This document shows positions 46,598 to 55,796 of a DNA stretch of 64,000 nucleotides, piece after piece. A program made the translations under genes and the position numbers. The DNA lies in IMG/VR virus record IMGVR_UViG_3300010389_000002; one strand, given 5' to 3'. A model generated the notes under the pieces. It searched no databases, was not told where the DNA came from, and saw nothing but the letters and a program-made list of their open reading frames with translations. Each line of letters begins with the position of its first letter. Within the stretch, counting starts at the first letter, position 1. The stretch is from a virus.

Positions 46598-46923
46598 TCT
46601 TGGTTAATATTATTATTTAGTTCAGATGGTAGTTCACCTATATGTAATAAGAAAGCTTTTAATACAGGGTGCTGCTTAGGTTCTGTCTTGTAAAAAAGCA
46701 GAGGGATAGCAGCGTCACCAAAAACATTAGTTAGCATAGTAATATGATTAAGAATCAACTGGGTTTTTAATTGCCCAGTTGATTCATATCTTTTAAACAG
46801 ACGTTTAATATACTTAAACCTGTTTAAATCCTCCTCAAATTCTTCGTAAGTAACTGAGGAGGGATTTAAATAATTACGAATAGCAAAAGAGAGCCATGTC
46901 TCTTTGTTCAATTCATCAAACAT
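46564..46923 (-). CDS. Conserved T4-like hypothetical protein
   Basis: FDELN..FAIRNY.NP..EEFEEDLNRFKYIKRL..LILNH. Confidence 0.75.
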   Translation of the reverse strand: MFDELNKETWLSFAIRNYLNPSSVTYEEFEEDLNRFKYIKRLFKRYESTGQLKTQLILNHITMLTNVFGDAAIPLLFYKTEPKQHPVLKAFLLHIGELPSELNNNINQECLTLLNPLTK

Positions 46924-46933
46924 TTACATATTA

Positions 46934-47803
46934 TCAGGTTAATGTAACAGTTAGGGTAGCGGCACGGGAAACAACCTCTGGAGCACCATTAGTAGAGTTG
47001 ACCTTAACTCTGTATTGGTCTTGGTCGTTATCTGCTACGGTTAAACCGGCGAGATTGAGAGTGTCACCAGTCTCGGCGGCGAGGTTAGTCCAGCGACCAC
47101 CAGCTGCCTTACGCTGCCACTGGAAGGTAAGAAGCGTAGCATCTCCAGGAGGAGTAGAAATTGCTCCGGGTTGAATGGTAAAGGAAGCAGTACCGACGGC
47201 TTCTGTTCCGGCAGCATCTGCTGGTAGGAGAGCATCAATCGTGATGATAGCATCAACCTGACCAGCAACAGTATCCTCAGCAGTAGCGGCATCGTCAAGT
47301 AGTGTATCGTCACCAACAACACCAGCGGTGCCGCCAGAGATAGCAAAGGAAGCAATACACTCAGCCTTATGACGAGTGTTTCCACTAGCATCTACATAGG
47401 TTTTGTAATGCCACCAACCAGGACCAGTAAGACCACGGGCACGAGATCCAGGATCCTGTGCTTCAGCAAGACTTAAAAGCAAGAGGTTTCCAACAAAAGT
47501 GTCACCAGGAGCATCCACATAATCAGCAACCTCCTTAGGAGGAGTTCTTCTTGCTGCTGCTTGTCCAGCACCAAGAACAGCATCTCTCCTTAGTTGTAGT
47601 GTCTCGCCATCGGTAATAGCGTATACAACAGAGGGAACTTCATTGAGCTCTAGAACATCTCCAGGTTCAATGTAGTTATCATCGGTGGGATCGGTGATGT
47701 CACCACCAAGAATTTTAACCTGACGAGGATCGCCGTTAGCATCCGCTTGTACTTCCGCTGTGACAGTCAATACCTGCCTGTCAATCTTGCCTAAAATTGC
47801 CAT
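46934..47803 (-). CDS. Probable virion structural protein with C-terminal Ig-like domain
   Basis: GLTGPGWWHYKTY; LTFQWQRK...YRVKV Ig pattern; TATAAATA late promoter at 47839-47846. Confidence 0.7.
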   Translation of the reverse strand: MAILGKIDRQVLTVTAEVQADANGDPRQVKILGGDITDPTDDNYIEPGDVLELNEVPSVVYAITDGETLQLRRDAVLGAGQAAARRTPPKEVADYVDAPGDTFVGNLLLLSLAEAQDPGSRARGLTGPGWWHYKTYVDASGNTRHKAECIASFAISGGTAGVVGDDTLLDDAATAEDTVAGQVDAIITIDALLPADAAGTEAVGTASFTIQPGAISTPPGDATLLTFQWQRKAAGGRWTNLAAETGDTLNLAGLTVADNDQDQYRVKVNSTNGAPEVVSRAATLTVTLT

Positions 47804-47849
47804 TGTTTTCCTAACTGATTGGGACTATTTCTTAGTAGTATTTATAATA

Positions 47850-48065
47850 TTACTCGGCTGCTGGTTCCTCTTCTCTAGCAAGAATTGCTTTCTCTACAAC
47901 AGCAAGAAGTTGATCATCCATGTCTGTCTTAGTTAGCTTGACTGCTTTCTTAAGGATAAGCAAGCAAATTTCTACTAGTTTTTCGCCAAGTTCCTCATTG
48001 TCGGGGATCTTAGCAACAGCATCCGAGATAATTTTCGAAGCAAAAGGGAGTAAAAATGATAACAT
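47850..48065 (-). CDS. Small conserved protein
   Basis: LLPFASKII..KAVKLTKTDMDDQLL. Confidence 0.65.
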   Translation of the reverse strand: MLSFLLPFASKIISDAVAKIPDNEELGEKLVEICLLILKKAVKLTKTDMDDQLLAVVEKAILAREEEPAAE

Positions 48066-48090
48066 TGTATGAGTCTCAAATAGAGCTCTA

Positions 48091-48357
48091 TTATTTATTC
48101 TTATTTTTATGCTTCCACGCTGTAGCGTAAGCAATTCCTTCTTTTTCTTTAGGATAGTTCTTCTTAATATGCTTCACCATCCTCTCATACTTTTTTCCAG
48201 GAGGAGCAACCTCATTTACTGTCTCTTCTTTGACAGCTGGTGGAGTTGCTCTCTGGGATCTCAACGCTTGCTGAACTTTCTTTTTGTTTTTCTTAGAGTC
48301 AGCATCAGGAGCATTAGGGATCTCGGGCATTACCTCAACGGTAGCACCCTTACTCAC
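48091..48357 (-). CDS. Small basic protein
   Basis: EVAPPGKKYERMVKHIKK..IAYATAWK. Confidence 0.65.
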   Translation of the reverse strand: MSKGATVEVMPEIPNAPDADSKKNKKKVQQALRSQRATPPAVKEETVNEVAPPGKKYERMVKHIKKNYPKEKEGIAYATAWKHKNKNK

Positions 48358-49157
48358 TTTTTTTCCTGAAGTTCTGCCTCCTCTTTCATCTTCTTCTTAG
48401 CAGCAATGATCTTGCTTACTTTCTTACGACGACCATGTAGATACTTGTCAGACTTATCTACATCACCATCGTTGTCAATGTCGGCATCTTCCTTGCCAAC
48501 TGGATCTAGTTTCTTCTCACCAAGCACTTTGAACTTGACACCATCCATCTCTCCAAGTGTGTCAAGTTTTTCTCTAACTTCAGACCAAAGTTGATTAGCA
48601 GTATCTACATCATACTCAACGCCTGCCTTGATACAGTTATCAACACGCTTACCACCCTTCATCTTGGTGCCTGCTTGCTTATAACCTTTCCAGCAAGCTT
48701 TTCCATCAAGACCTTTTTGCTTTTCAACGATAAAGATATCACCATCAACTTCGATCTCGTGACGCTCAAGGATTTCAAACTCTTCTTTCTTCATTTCACA
48801 CTTGGAGCATCCTTTTCCACCACAGGAAGAACATTCTTTCTTCTTCTCTCCGTGCTCACTTCCACAGGATTCAGCAGCAACTACTTTAGTAGTGTCTTTG
48901 ATCTGAGCGCCAAACTGCTTTTGTCCGCTTGGTTTGGTTACATCACCAGGAGCAGCACTCTTCTTAGGATCATTCTCTGCAGTTACATCAGTACTTTCTT
49001 TGCCATATGGATTATCTTTGAGAGTAGGAATCGATTCCTCTCTCATGACAGGAGCCCATGTATAGTTTGAATGAATGTTGTCTACAGCAGCAGCAATAAG
49101 TGCTCTACTGTAATCATCCATGTGCTTCACTTCTGTAGTAGTCTTCTGTCTTTCCAT
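48354..49157 (-). CDS. Motif-mosaic protein, possible internal head protein
   Basis: CSSCGGKGCSKC; ACWKGYKQAG..DNC; LDPVGKEDADIDNDGDVDKSD; late promoter TATAAATA 49188-49195. Confidence 0.6.
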   Translation of the reverse strand: MERQKTTTEVKHMDDYSRALIAAAVDNIHSNYTWAPVMREESIPTLKDNPYGKESTDVTAENDPKKSAAPGDVTKPSGQKQFGAQIKDTTKVVAAESCGSEHGEKKKECSSCGGKGCSKCEMKKEEFEILERHEIEVDGDIFIVEKQKGLDGKACWKGYKQAGTKMKGGKRVDNCIKAGVEYDVDTANQLWSEVREKLDTLGEMDGVKFKVLGEKKLDPVGKEDADIDNDGDVDKSDKYLHGRRKKVSKIIAAKKKMKEEAELQEKK

Positions 49158-49179
49158 TTGATAAAAGAAGTTATTTATT

Positions 49180-49392
49180 CTATAAGTTATTTATACTACG
49201 AATATCCTTGACCCAGGCACGAAACATCTCCCCACCTTCGGTAATAGCAATAATATAGTTCACGCCAGCACGATGGATCTTACCCTTCTGTCCTGTGATA
49301 GATGACATAATAATATCACCTTCTTGGAATACTTCCGTCTGTCTGTACTGCTGACGGATAGCACGTTCTCTAAGCTTTCTAAAGTCTTTCAT
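49180..49392 (-). CDS. Small SH3-like hypothetical protein
   Basis: FQEGDII..G.I..GVNYII..FRAWVKDI. Confidence 0.6.
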   Translation of the reverse strand: MKDFRKLRERAIRQQYRQTEVFQEGDIIMSSITGQKGKIHRAGVNYIIAITEGGEMFRAWVKDIRSINNL

Positions 49393-49955
49393 TTCAATCC
49401 GTTTACAACTTCACCCATCAATTCTTTTATATCTCTATCATTTAGTGTACTAGGCATAGCTTTCTTGAAGGCACCGATATTCATTGTTGCTGCCGCTAAT
49501 CTCATTTTAGTAGCAGACATACCTTCAGCACCCTTTGCTTTTGCGTCTCTCTTTCCAGCATTAACAAAATCAATATTCCTATAAGTATATTCCTTATTAT
49601 TATAAGTGGTAATCGTCCTTACGTAATCATTGAACTGGTCATCACCCGCTACCAATACAATATCATCATATTCTTCCTGGTATTTTTGAAATAACTGAAT
49701 GATTGTTTTTATACTAGTATCATAGATGATGTTGTTTCTATATTCGGGAAACATTTTAGTCAACCAATAATTTTTTCTGTCGGCAGGCAATGGATTTGAC
49801 TTAAATCCATTATCATCTTTCTTACCACCAAAACTATGAGTTGGATAGATGAAGAAGGGATCTTCACCAGCAGTTGTCTTGGCGATATCCATCAATTTTT
49901 TGTGTCCCATATGAGGAGGATTGAATCTTCCCCAAGCAACTACTACTCTCTTCAT
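49389..49955 (-). CDS. Cytidylyltransferase-like (HxGH) nucleotidyltransferase
   Basis: WGRFNPPHMGH, SNPL, VAGDD, GMSATKMR. Confidence 0.88.
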   Translation of the reverse strand: MKRVVVAWGRFNPPHMGHKKLMDIAKTTAGEDPFFIYPTHSFGGKKDDNGFKSNPLPADRKNYWLTKMFPEYRNNIIYDTSIKTIIQLFQKYQEEYDDIVLVAGDDQFNDYVRTITTYNNKEYTYRNIDFVNAGKRDAKAKGAEGMSATKMRLAAATMNIGAFKKAMPSTLNDRDIKELMGEVVNGLK

Positions 49956-51193
49956 TTTTTCTTAGCCCACTTCTTCTGTTCGTTAAAGTTTCTTTCACTG
50001 AAACCACCAAGTCTTTGAACGATTTTTACAGCTCTTGATGAATCTCTAACGACGACATATCCTTCCTGGTTACCAACTTCATAAGTTCCATCCTTTTCAT
50101 TATAGTAAAACGTTTTGAAACGTTCACCAGATTCAAATTTGGGAATGAAGATAGTTTTGATGTTTTGGATACTATTATATATCCCAACCATTGCTACGAA
50201 ATGTGTTTTGTTTTTCTGAATAAAGTCATATCCATCATAGAACTTTTTCTTCCATTTAGCAATTGAATTGGGTTGAGTTAAACTAGTATACTTTGCTCTT
50301 AGTTTTTCTTCATAGTAATTACAATAGTCGGTAAAGAACTTACTGGCACTGTTTACTGCCTGACCTTCTCTAACTCTAGCATTGAAATACTGTTTGATAA
50401 AATATGCGTGATCCCAAGAGTCATCATAGTTAGCGGCAATAGTATCTAAGAACGTAGAGCATTGTAGAAGAAGATTATTCACTGCTCTTCTAGATCTTTC
50501 AATCTTTCTTTTTTCTGTGAGTGTAAGAACCATACTAGAACCCAGTTCTGATGTGTATGGTGTCAAGATCAACATCTGTTTAGTAGAAAGATGTGAAGCA
50601 TCAAATCCAAAACTTACATTCAAGTCATGAATAGTTTTAGCATTAGGATTAGCAGGATACTTTGCATGGATTACCACACAAGCATCGCAGTTTTTAGCTT
50701 TGTCATAGAGATCATCATGATCTGGAATACAATAACTAATCAACTGAGGTTTGAACATAATGCAGTTTTCACCATGAACATCACGAACTATCTTTCTACC
50801 ACCCTTATGAAAAAGAAAGTCTCCTTGGATCACATCTTTTAGTTTACCAGAATCATACAATGGTTTAAACCCTTTCCATAATGCCATGTATGCTTTCTTG
50901 AGATCTGGATCAGCTTTAGTATCTCCTTTAATCTCTGCTTCGGACTTATACATCCCAGGAGTTTTATTGAAGACACTCTTCTTACCCACAAAGAATGCTC
51001 CATCAGCGGGATCATATCCACAGAAGATAGAAGGAGAACCATCCCACTTGGTAGTGATCTTTCGGTTCCCCTTAGGAACAGAAGAAAATGTATGTACAAG
51101 ATCATCGATGTACTCAAAAGCTTCATCAACTCCCTTCCTGCCCAGCATGAGCATGAGGTCTTCTGCGTGTTCTAGGTGAAGGTTAGCTGCCAT
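49952..51193 (-). CDS. DUF6267-like conserved T4-like protein
   Basis: HLEHAED, TTKWDGSPSIFCG, QGDFLF, EGYV. Confidence 0.75.
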   Translation of the reverse strand: MAANLHLEHAEDLMLMLGRKGVDEAFEYIDDLVHTFSSVPKGNRKITTKWDGSPSIFCGYDPADGAFFVGKKSVFNKTPGMYKSEAEIKGDTKADPDLKKAYMALWKGFKPLYDSGKLKDVIQGDFLFHKGGRKIVRDVHGENCIMFKPQLISYCIPDHDDLYDKAKNCDACVVIHAKYPANPNAKTIHDLNVSFGFDASHLSTKQMLILTPYTSELGSSMVLTLTEKRKIERSRRAVNNLLLQCSTFLDTIAANYDDSWDHAYFIKQYFNARVREGQAVNSASKFFTDYCNYYEEKLRAKYTSLTQPNSIAKWKKKFYDGYDFIQKNKTHFVAMVGIYNSIQNIKTIFIPKFESGERFKTFYYNEKDGTYEVGNQEGYVVVRDSSRAVKIVQRLGGFSERNFNEQKKWAKKK

Positions 51194-52557
51194 TAGACTA
51201 CAGGTGTTGAGAGGAAGAGGTTGCCGTCAGAATCTTTTTCTACCCAGTGTGTTACACGAGTTTTCTCTCCATACGGGAAGACAGACAAACGAGCACCCTG
51301 AATTCCCAAATCTGCTCGTCCTTGTCCAGCAAGAATGTTCTCCGTTGATGCTTTCTTAATACACATTAGCACGGGTTCATAGGCTCCAGTCATCTCAGTG
51401 GGGAAGTTTACCAAGTGTCCACTCATAGAAAGTGTGGAGTGAGACCTGCCATAAGTGATAGTAGGATCTCCTTGAAGAACTACATTACATTTATGTGGTC
51501 CAAAAGATCCATTAGGTTCTTTACCATACACAGCAAACTTTCTAAGATTTGCATATTGTGGACCATCAATCTTCATGCCGATAGTAATACCAGAAGTAGC
51601 CTTAGTGAAATCAATGATATTTCCAATACCAACAATCTCTTTCATGTAATCAACAAATTGTTTCACAGTATTATCAGTTCTATAAAGATCTGTCATACCA
51701 CCCCATTGTCCAAAGTCTTTTGCCTTGGATCCTTTCTTATGAGAAGCCCAACAAACTTCAACTAGTTGTCTATTTTGAAGAGCAACAAATACTAGGTCTG
51801 CTTTACCACTACCAGCAACTTTATTTACTCCAATAATATTTTCATAAACTTTATTGCCAATCTTCATGTTAAGTCCACGACCACCATTAGAACCAGCAAT
51901 CTCTTCCAACTTACTATTGAAGTCTGAAATGAAAGCAGCCTCACCATCTTCTTTTGCTGATGGATAGTTTAAATTATAACTAATTGAAAGTGGTGGTTCG
52001 GATAGAAGTGCTAACTTACCCCAATTAATAGATCTAATAGTCCCTTTTGGAGGATCACCACCCAAACCTTGAAAGCTGTTACCATAGATTGTTCCATCCT
52101 TAAGGATCCAACTACTATTAATAGTTTGAGAAAGTGTTGGAGACTTTGATGTGGCAAATTGAACTTTTACTGGTGCTTCATTGTACGCAGGTGCTCCAGG
52201 ACCAGCTTCACCTTTTTTCTTTAAATTCTCTGGAGTGATGCCAGTGTATTTTTCAATATATTGGTGAAGACTAGCAACACTGCCAATACCACCACCACCT
52301 AAGTAGAATTTCTCAGTCCTAAATTTTTTCCACTTTTGTTTCTGAGCATCCCATTCAGGAACCATCAATATCAATTGAGTAAAGTAAATATAAACACCAT
52401 CCTCCGAATCCCTATGCTTGGCAAGCAAAACGAAAGGATGTTTGTTCTTACACCTAGTAAAAATCTCATCCATTACATCTTTATATCTCTTGGTAATTTG
52501 AGACCAAGTAAGACCAACAGTTCCTGTAGTAGCTGGATTTGAATTTGCCGTTGCCAT
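51193..52557 (-). CDS. Hypothetical protein, possible PD-(D/E)XK nuclease
   Basis: KADLVF...ASHK..DFGQWGG. Confidence 0.5.
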   Translation of the reverse strand: MATANSNPATTGTVGLTWSQITKRYKDVMDEIFTRCKNKHPFVLLAKHRDSEDGVYIYFTQLILMVPEWDAQKQKWKKFRTEKFYLGGGGIGSVASLHQYIEKYTGITPENLKKKGEAGPGAPAYNEAPVKVQFATSKSPTLSQTINSSWILKDGTIYGNSFQGLGGDPPKGTIRSINWGKLALLSEPPLSISYNLNYPSAKEDGEAAFISDFNSKLEEIAGSNGGRGLNMKIGNKVYENIIGVNKVAGSGKADLVFVALQNRQLVEVCWASHKKGSKAKDFGQWGGMTDLYRTDNTVKQFVDYMKEIVGIGNIIDFTKATSGITIGMKIDGPQYANLRKFAVYGKEPNGSFGPHKCNVVLQGDPTITYGRSHSTLSMSGHLVNFPTEMTGAYEPVLMCIKKASTENILAGQGRADLGIQGARLSVFPYGEKTRVTHWVEKDSDGNLFLSTPVV

Positions 52558-52596
52558 AAAAAAATCCTCCCGTCTAATTATTTAGGGAAGGTAACA

Positions 52597-52683
52597 CGGA
52601 GGGAGGGGGAGTCGAACCCCCAAGGGCTTTAACACCTCAACTGTTTTCAAGACAGGTTCCGTCGCCAATCGGATTGCCCCTCC
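52597..52683 (-). tRNA. tRNA-Ser (TGA)
   Basis: Long variable arm; CTGT-CT TGA AA-ACAG; GTTCGACTC. Confidence 0.93.
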
Positions 52684-52689
52684 AATAAA

Positions 52690-52929
52690 TCAACGACGAC
52701 TACACCAGTAGGCATCGTTGGGTTTGTCGGCACAAATCCAAACGTTTGTGCCTGTGTTGTTCCAGTGGCGGATTACTCCTGCAACAATGAAACAGTTAGT
52801 GACAAGATAAGTGAGAAGTATAACAGTCCGTAGACCAGATATAATATTGGCTTCTTTGTCATTTCTTCCTTCCTTTCTGCCAAGAGCATAACTCCACAAC
52901 CGCCACGACTTTCGTAGCAGTGGTTTCAT
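52690..52929 (-). CDS. Small membrane protein
   Basis: WRLWSYALGRKEG..TYLVTNCFIVAGVIRHW. Confidence 0.65.
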   Translation of the reverse strand: MKPLLRKSWRLWSYALGRKEGRNDKEANIISGLRTVILLTYLVTNCFIVAGVIRHWNNTGTNVWICADKPNDAYWCSRR

Positions 52930-53342
52930 CGATCATCCTCTGCCCGATTCTCACTGTAGTAAGCATCAAAAGCTCCAGCAGGATAACGCTTGCCCAGTTT
53001 AGCGATGTTAGTGTCAAGAACTTCTTCCATAGACACTCCCAGTGCTTGAGTTGCTTGAGCAACATACCACATTAGATCACCGAGTTCAATGATTAGATGC
53101 TCACGGTTGTCTTCATTCCACGGTTTACCTTGGAAGACCATCTTCTTAATGATCTCCAAGAACTCACCGCCTTCGGCATTGATGCCAACGCCAGCAGTAA
53201 GAAGCCGCTCAATGTTAGCGCCCTTGCCATCGAGTTCTACCATACGATCAGACAAGGCAACAAAATCTCTAGAAGCATCAGACGTTACAGCGTCAACGAA
53301 CTGTTCATACTTAGAAAATTCAATAGTCATAATTAAGTCCAA
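52926..53342 (-). CDS. mazG: Nucleoside triphosphate pyrophosphohydrolase MazG
   Basis: GINAEGGEFLEIIKK..ELGDLMWY..NIAKLGKRYP. Confidence 0.93.
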   Translation of the reverse strand: MDLIMTIEFSKYEQFVDAVTSDASRDFVALSDRMVELDGKGANIERLLTAGVGINAEGGEFLEIIKKMVFQGKPWNEDNREHLIIELGDLMWYVAQATQALGVSMEEVLDTNIAKLGKRYPAGAFDAYYSENRAEDDR

Positions 53343-54721
53343 TCAGAAAATTTATTCAAACGGTTTTGTTTAGCGGCAGTCTCAAACTGCTCATAGGTAT
53401 CTTCTTCAGCAGCATCGAGGATAGACTCAGTTGCTTCAGAATCGTCAACATTATAGAGCTTCATCTTCGCTCTGTCAATACCAACAGTAAATCTCTTGTA
53501 GAAGGAGAGATCATTATATCTGTTCTTGAGTTGCTTGACCATGATCCTACCAGATTGTTCAAGTTCCTCAGTAGAGATAAGAGCAAGCATAAGGTCAGCA
53601 GTAGCGGGAAGCCCAAAAGACTCACTGGTGTCGGTAAGATCAATATCACTATTGCCATACCCACTCCTAGTAGTTTGAGTAGCAGAAACAACTGGAACGT
53701 CGTGCTCAACAGCAAGACCACGAAGTTCCTCTGCAATTGCTTTAACATAAGTGTATGAGTTGACAATGTGTCCCTTATAACGAGACGAGGCACATATATT
53801 TAAGTAGTCAATAAAGATAATATCAGGTTTGAAATATTTCTTTAGACTCAACTCATTTAGTAATGCTTTGAAGTGTCCGGCATGTGCTGCAGCAGTAGGA
53901 TATTCTTTGATAATCAGTCTGCCTTGAGACTTCTTAGCAAGTTCATTAACTCTGCTGGTGAAGATTGCTTCTGGGATTGAGGAGATATCCTTGATATTTA
54001 CATCCAGAAGATTGGCATCAATACGTTCAGCAATCTTCTCCTCCGCCATCTCACAGGTGATGTATAAAACATTGTATCCCTGTGACAAACAAGAGGCAGC
54101 ATGGTCACACATAGCAAGAGACTTACCAACACCAGTTCCTGCTAAGATAATGTTAAGTGTTTTCTTAGGAATACCACCCTTTGTGATAGTATTTAACTTA
54201 TCAATGTGGAAAGGAATCTTATCTTCTTCTAGATGATAGAAATCATATCGTTCATTAGCATTCTCGAAGTAGTCATGACCTACATGTTCGTCGAACGATA
54301 CTGCCAAGGCCTCTTGGAGTATGCTGGGGATCGCATCCTTTGATACTTTCTCTTCACCTCCATCCGCAATCTTGATGGATTCGAGTAGAGCGAGATAGAT
54401 TGCTCTGTCTTTACACCACTTCTCAGTGGAGTCAAGGAGCCATCCATACTCAACAGGATCATCCGTGAACGCCTTGATGGTCTTAACAGAATCTTGATAA
54501 GTTTGTTCGTCAAGGTCTTTCCTACCCTGAAGGTTGATAACAACAACCTCTGCAGTAGGCGGCATGTTGTATTTACTAGCGAAATCCCACACCTCCTCAT
54601 AGATAATTTTTTCATGGTTTGATTCGAAATAGTCTGGTTTTACAAACGGGACTACTTTTCTGTAGTAATCTTCATTACAAAACAGATTCCTCAGAATAGT
54701 AGTCTCAATTCTCTCCATCAA
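53333..54721 (-). CDS. gp41: Replicative helicase gp41
   Basis: AGTGVGKS, IKEYPT, IDYLNI, ATQTTRSG, SESFGLPATAD, KQLKNRY. Confidence 0.97.
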   Translation of the reverse strand: MMERIETTILRNLFCNEDYYRKVVPFVKPDYFESNHEKIIYEEVWDFASKYNMPPTAEVVVINLQGRKDLDEQTYQDSVKTIKAFTDDPVEYGWLLDSTEKWCKDRAIYLALLESIKIADGGEEKVSKDAIPSILQEALAVSFDEHVGHDYFENANERYDFYHLEEDKIPFHIDKLNTITKGGIPKKTLNIILAGTGVGKSLAMCDHAASCLSQGYNVLYITCEMAEEKIAERIDANLLDVNIKDISSIPEAIFTSRVNELAKKSQGRLIIKEYPTAAAHAGHFKALLNELSLKKYFKPDIIFIDYLNICASSRYKGHIVNSYTYVKAIAEELRGLAVEHDVPVVSATQTTRSGYGNSDIDLTDTSESFGLPATADLMLALISTEELEQSGRIMVKQLKNRYNDLSFYKRFTVGIDRAKMKLYNVDDSEATESILDAAEEDTYEQFETAAKQNRLNKFSDWT

Positions 54722-55796
54722 TAGTTTCCTCCTCTCCAGTGCCGTACAACATTTCTTGCTTTACTACTTCATCGATAGCTTCTAAAACCTCTTGGGTAAA
54801 GAACTGTTCTGGTTCTTGTAAGATTGTCTTACCATAATACTTTTTGCCATCGATTTCAAAACGTGTACCAGACTTGCCCCACACGCCTGCTCTCACGGCA
54901 TACTCTTCGAGACCATAATACTTATCCAGTCCACGATTGTCGAAGAACAGGCGAGTTTCTACCTGAGAGTTCTCTCTTGTCAGACGAGACTTCTTAGCCT
55001 TGCAGCGGATAATGTTTCCGACTTGATCCGTTCCATCTTTTTCCTTTCTCTTTCCGAGAAATATGACTGTGCTAGCAGAATACTTGAGTCCACTGCCTCC
55101 TCCCATTTCCTCTTCAGGATACATAGCACCGATTTTGTCATAGGTATGATTGGTAAAGATCATTGGTACATTAGCCTTGCCACACTTGAGTGTCAAGACC
55201 CGGAAAGCTCCTTTGATGAGCTGAGTCTTGGTCATGTCACGTTTCTCAACGCCTGCTGCCATGTCAGTCATCTCTTTAGTTGTGGAGAGCATCCCCAAAG
55301 AGTCTAGCACAAACAGCATGGGTTTACGATCTTCTTTAGGAACATCTAAGTATTTGTCTAGGATCCTGACCGCCTCTGTCCTGAACTCTTCAATAGTAGC
55401 GACAGGGAAGATAATCATACGGCGAGAGTCAATACCACGACTCTCAATCATATCCCTAGAAATAGCAGACTCAGATTCAAAGTAAACCACACCAGCTTCA
55501 GGATCAGTATCAAGGAAATTACGTACCACACTGAGAGCATAAAAAGTTTTACCGGTGCCAGAGGGTCCCGCAAGAGCGGTGATTTTATTGGAAGGAAGAC
55601 CTCCAAAAATCGAACCACTAACCACGGCATTAAAGAGGTAAGAGCCCGTATCAATATAACCTGAGACATCACCAGCAGCAACACCTTCGCTAACAAAACC
55701 AGCGTATTCATTTTTGCTGTCCTTGATTACTTGTGAAAGAAAATCCATATTAAAAGAATGAGTTAAGTGATACTTTACGTTCTGTCTGCCACCCAA
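54705..55796 (-). CDS. uvsX: RecA-like recombinase UvsX (start probably at MDFL)
   Basis: DTGSYLFN, AGPSGTGKT, LDSLGML, GGGSGLKY. Confidence 0.95.
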   Translation of the reverse strand: MGGRQNVKYHLTHSFNMDFLSQVIKDSKNEYAGFVSEGVAAGDVSGYIDTGSYLFNAVVSGSIFGGLPSNKITALAGPSGTGKTFYALSVVRNFLDTDPEAGVVYFESESAISRDMIESRGIDSRRMIIFPVATIEEFRTEAVRILDKYLDVPKEDRKPMLFVLDSLGMLSTTKEMTDMAAGVEKRDMTKTQLIKGAFRVLTLKCGKANVPMIFTNHTYDKIGAMYPEEEMGGGSGLKYSASTVIFLGKRKEKDGTDQVGNIIRCKAKKSRLTRENSQVETRLFFDNRGLDKYYGLEEYAVRAGVWGKSGTRFEIDGKKYYGKTILQEPEQFFTQEVLEAIDEVVKQEMLYGTGEEETIDGEN

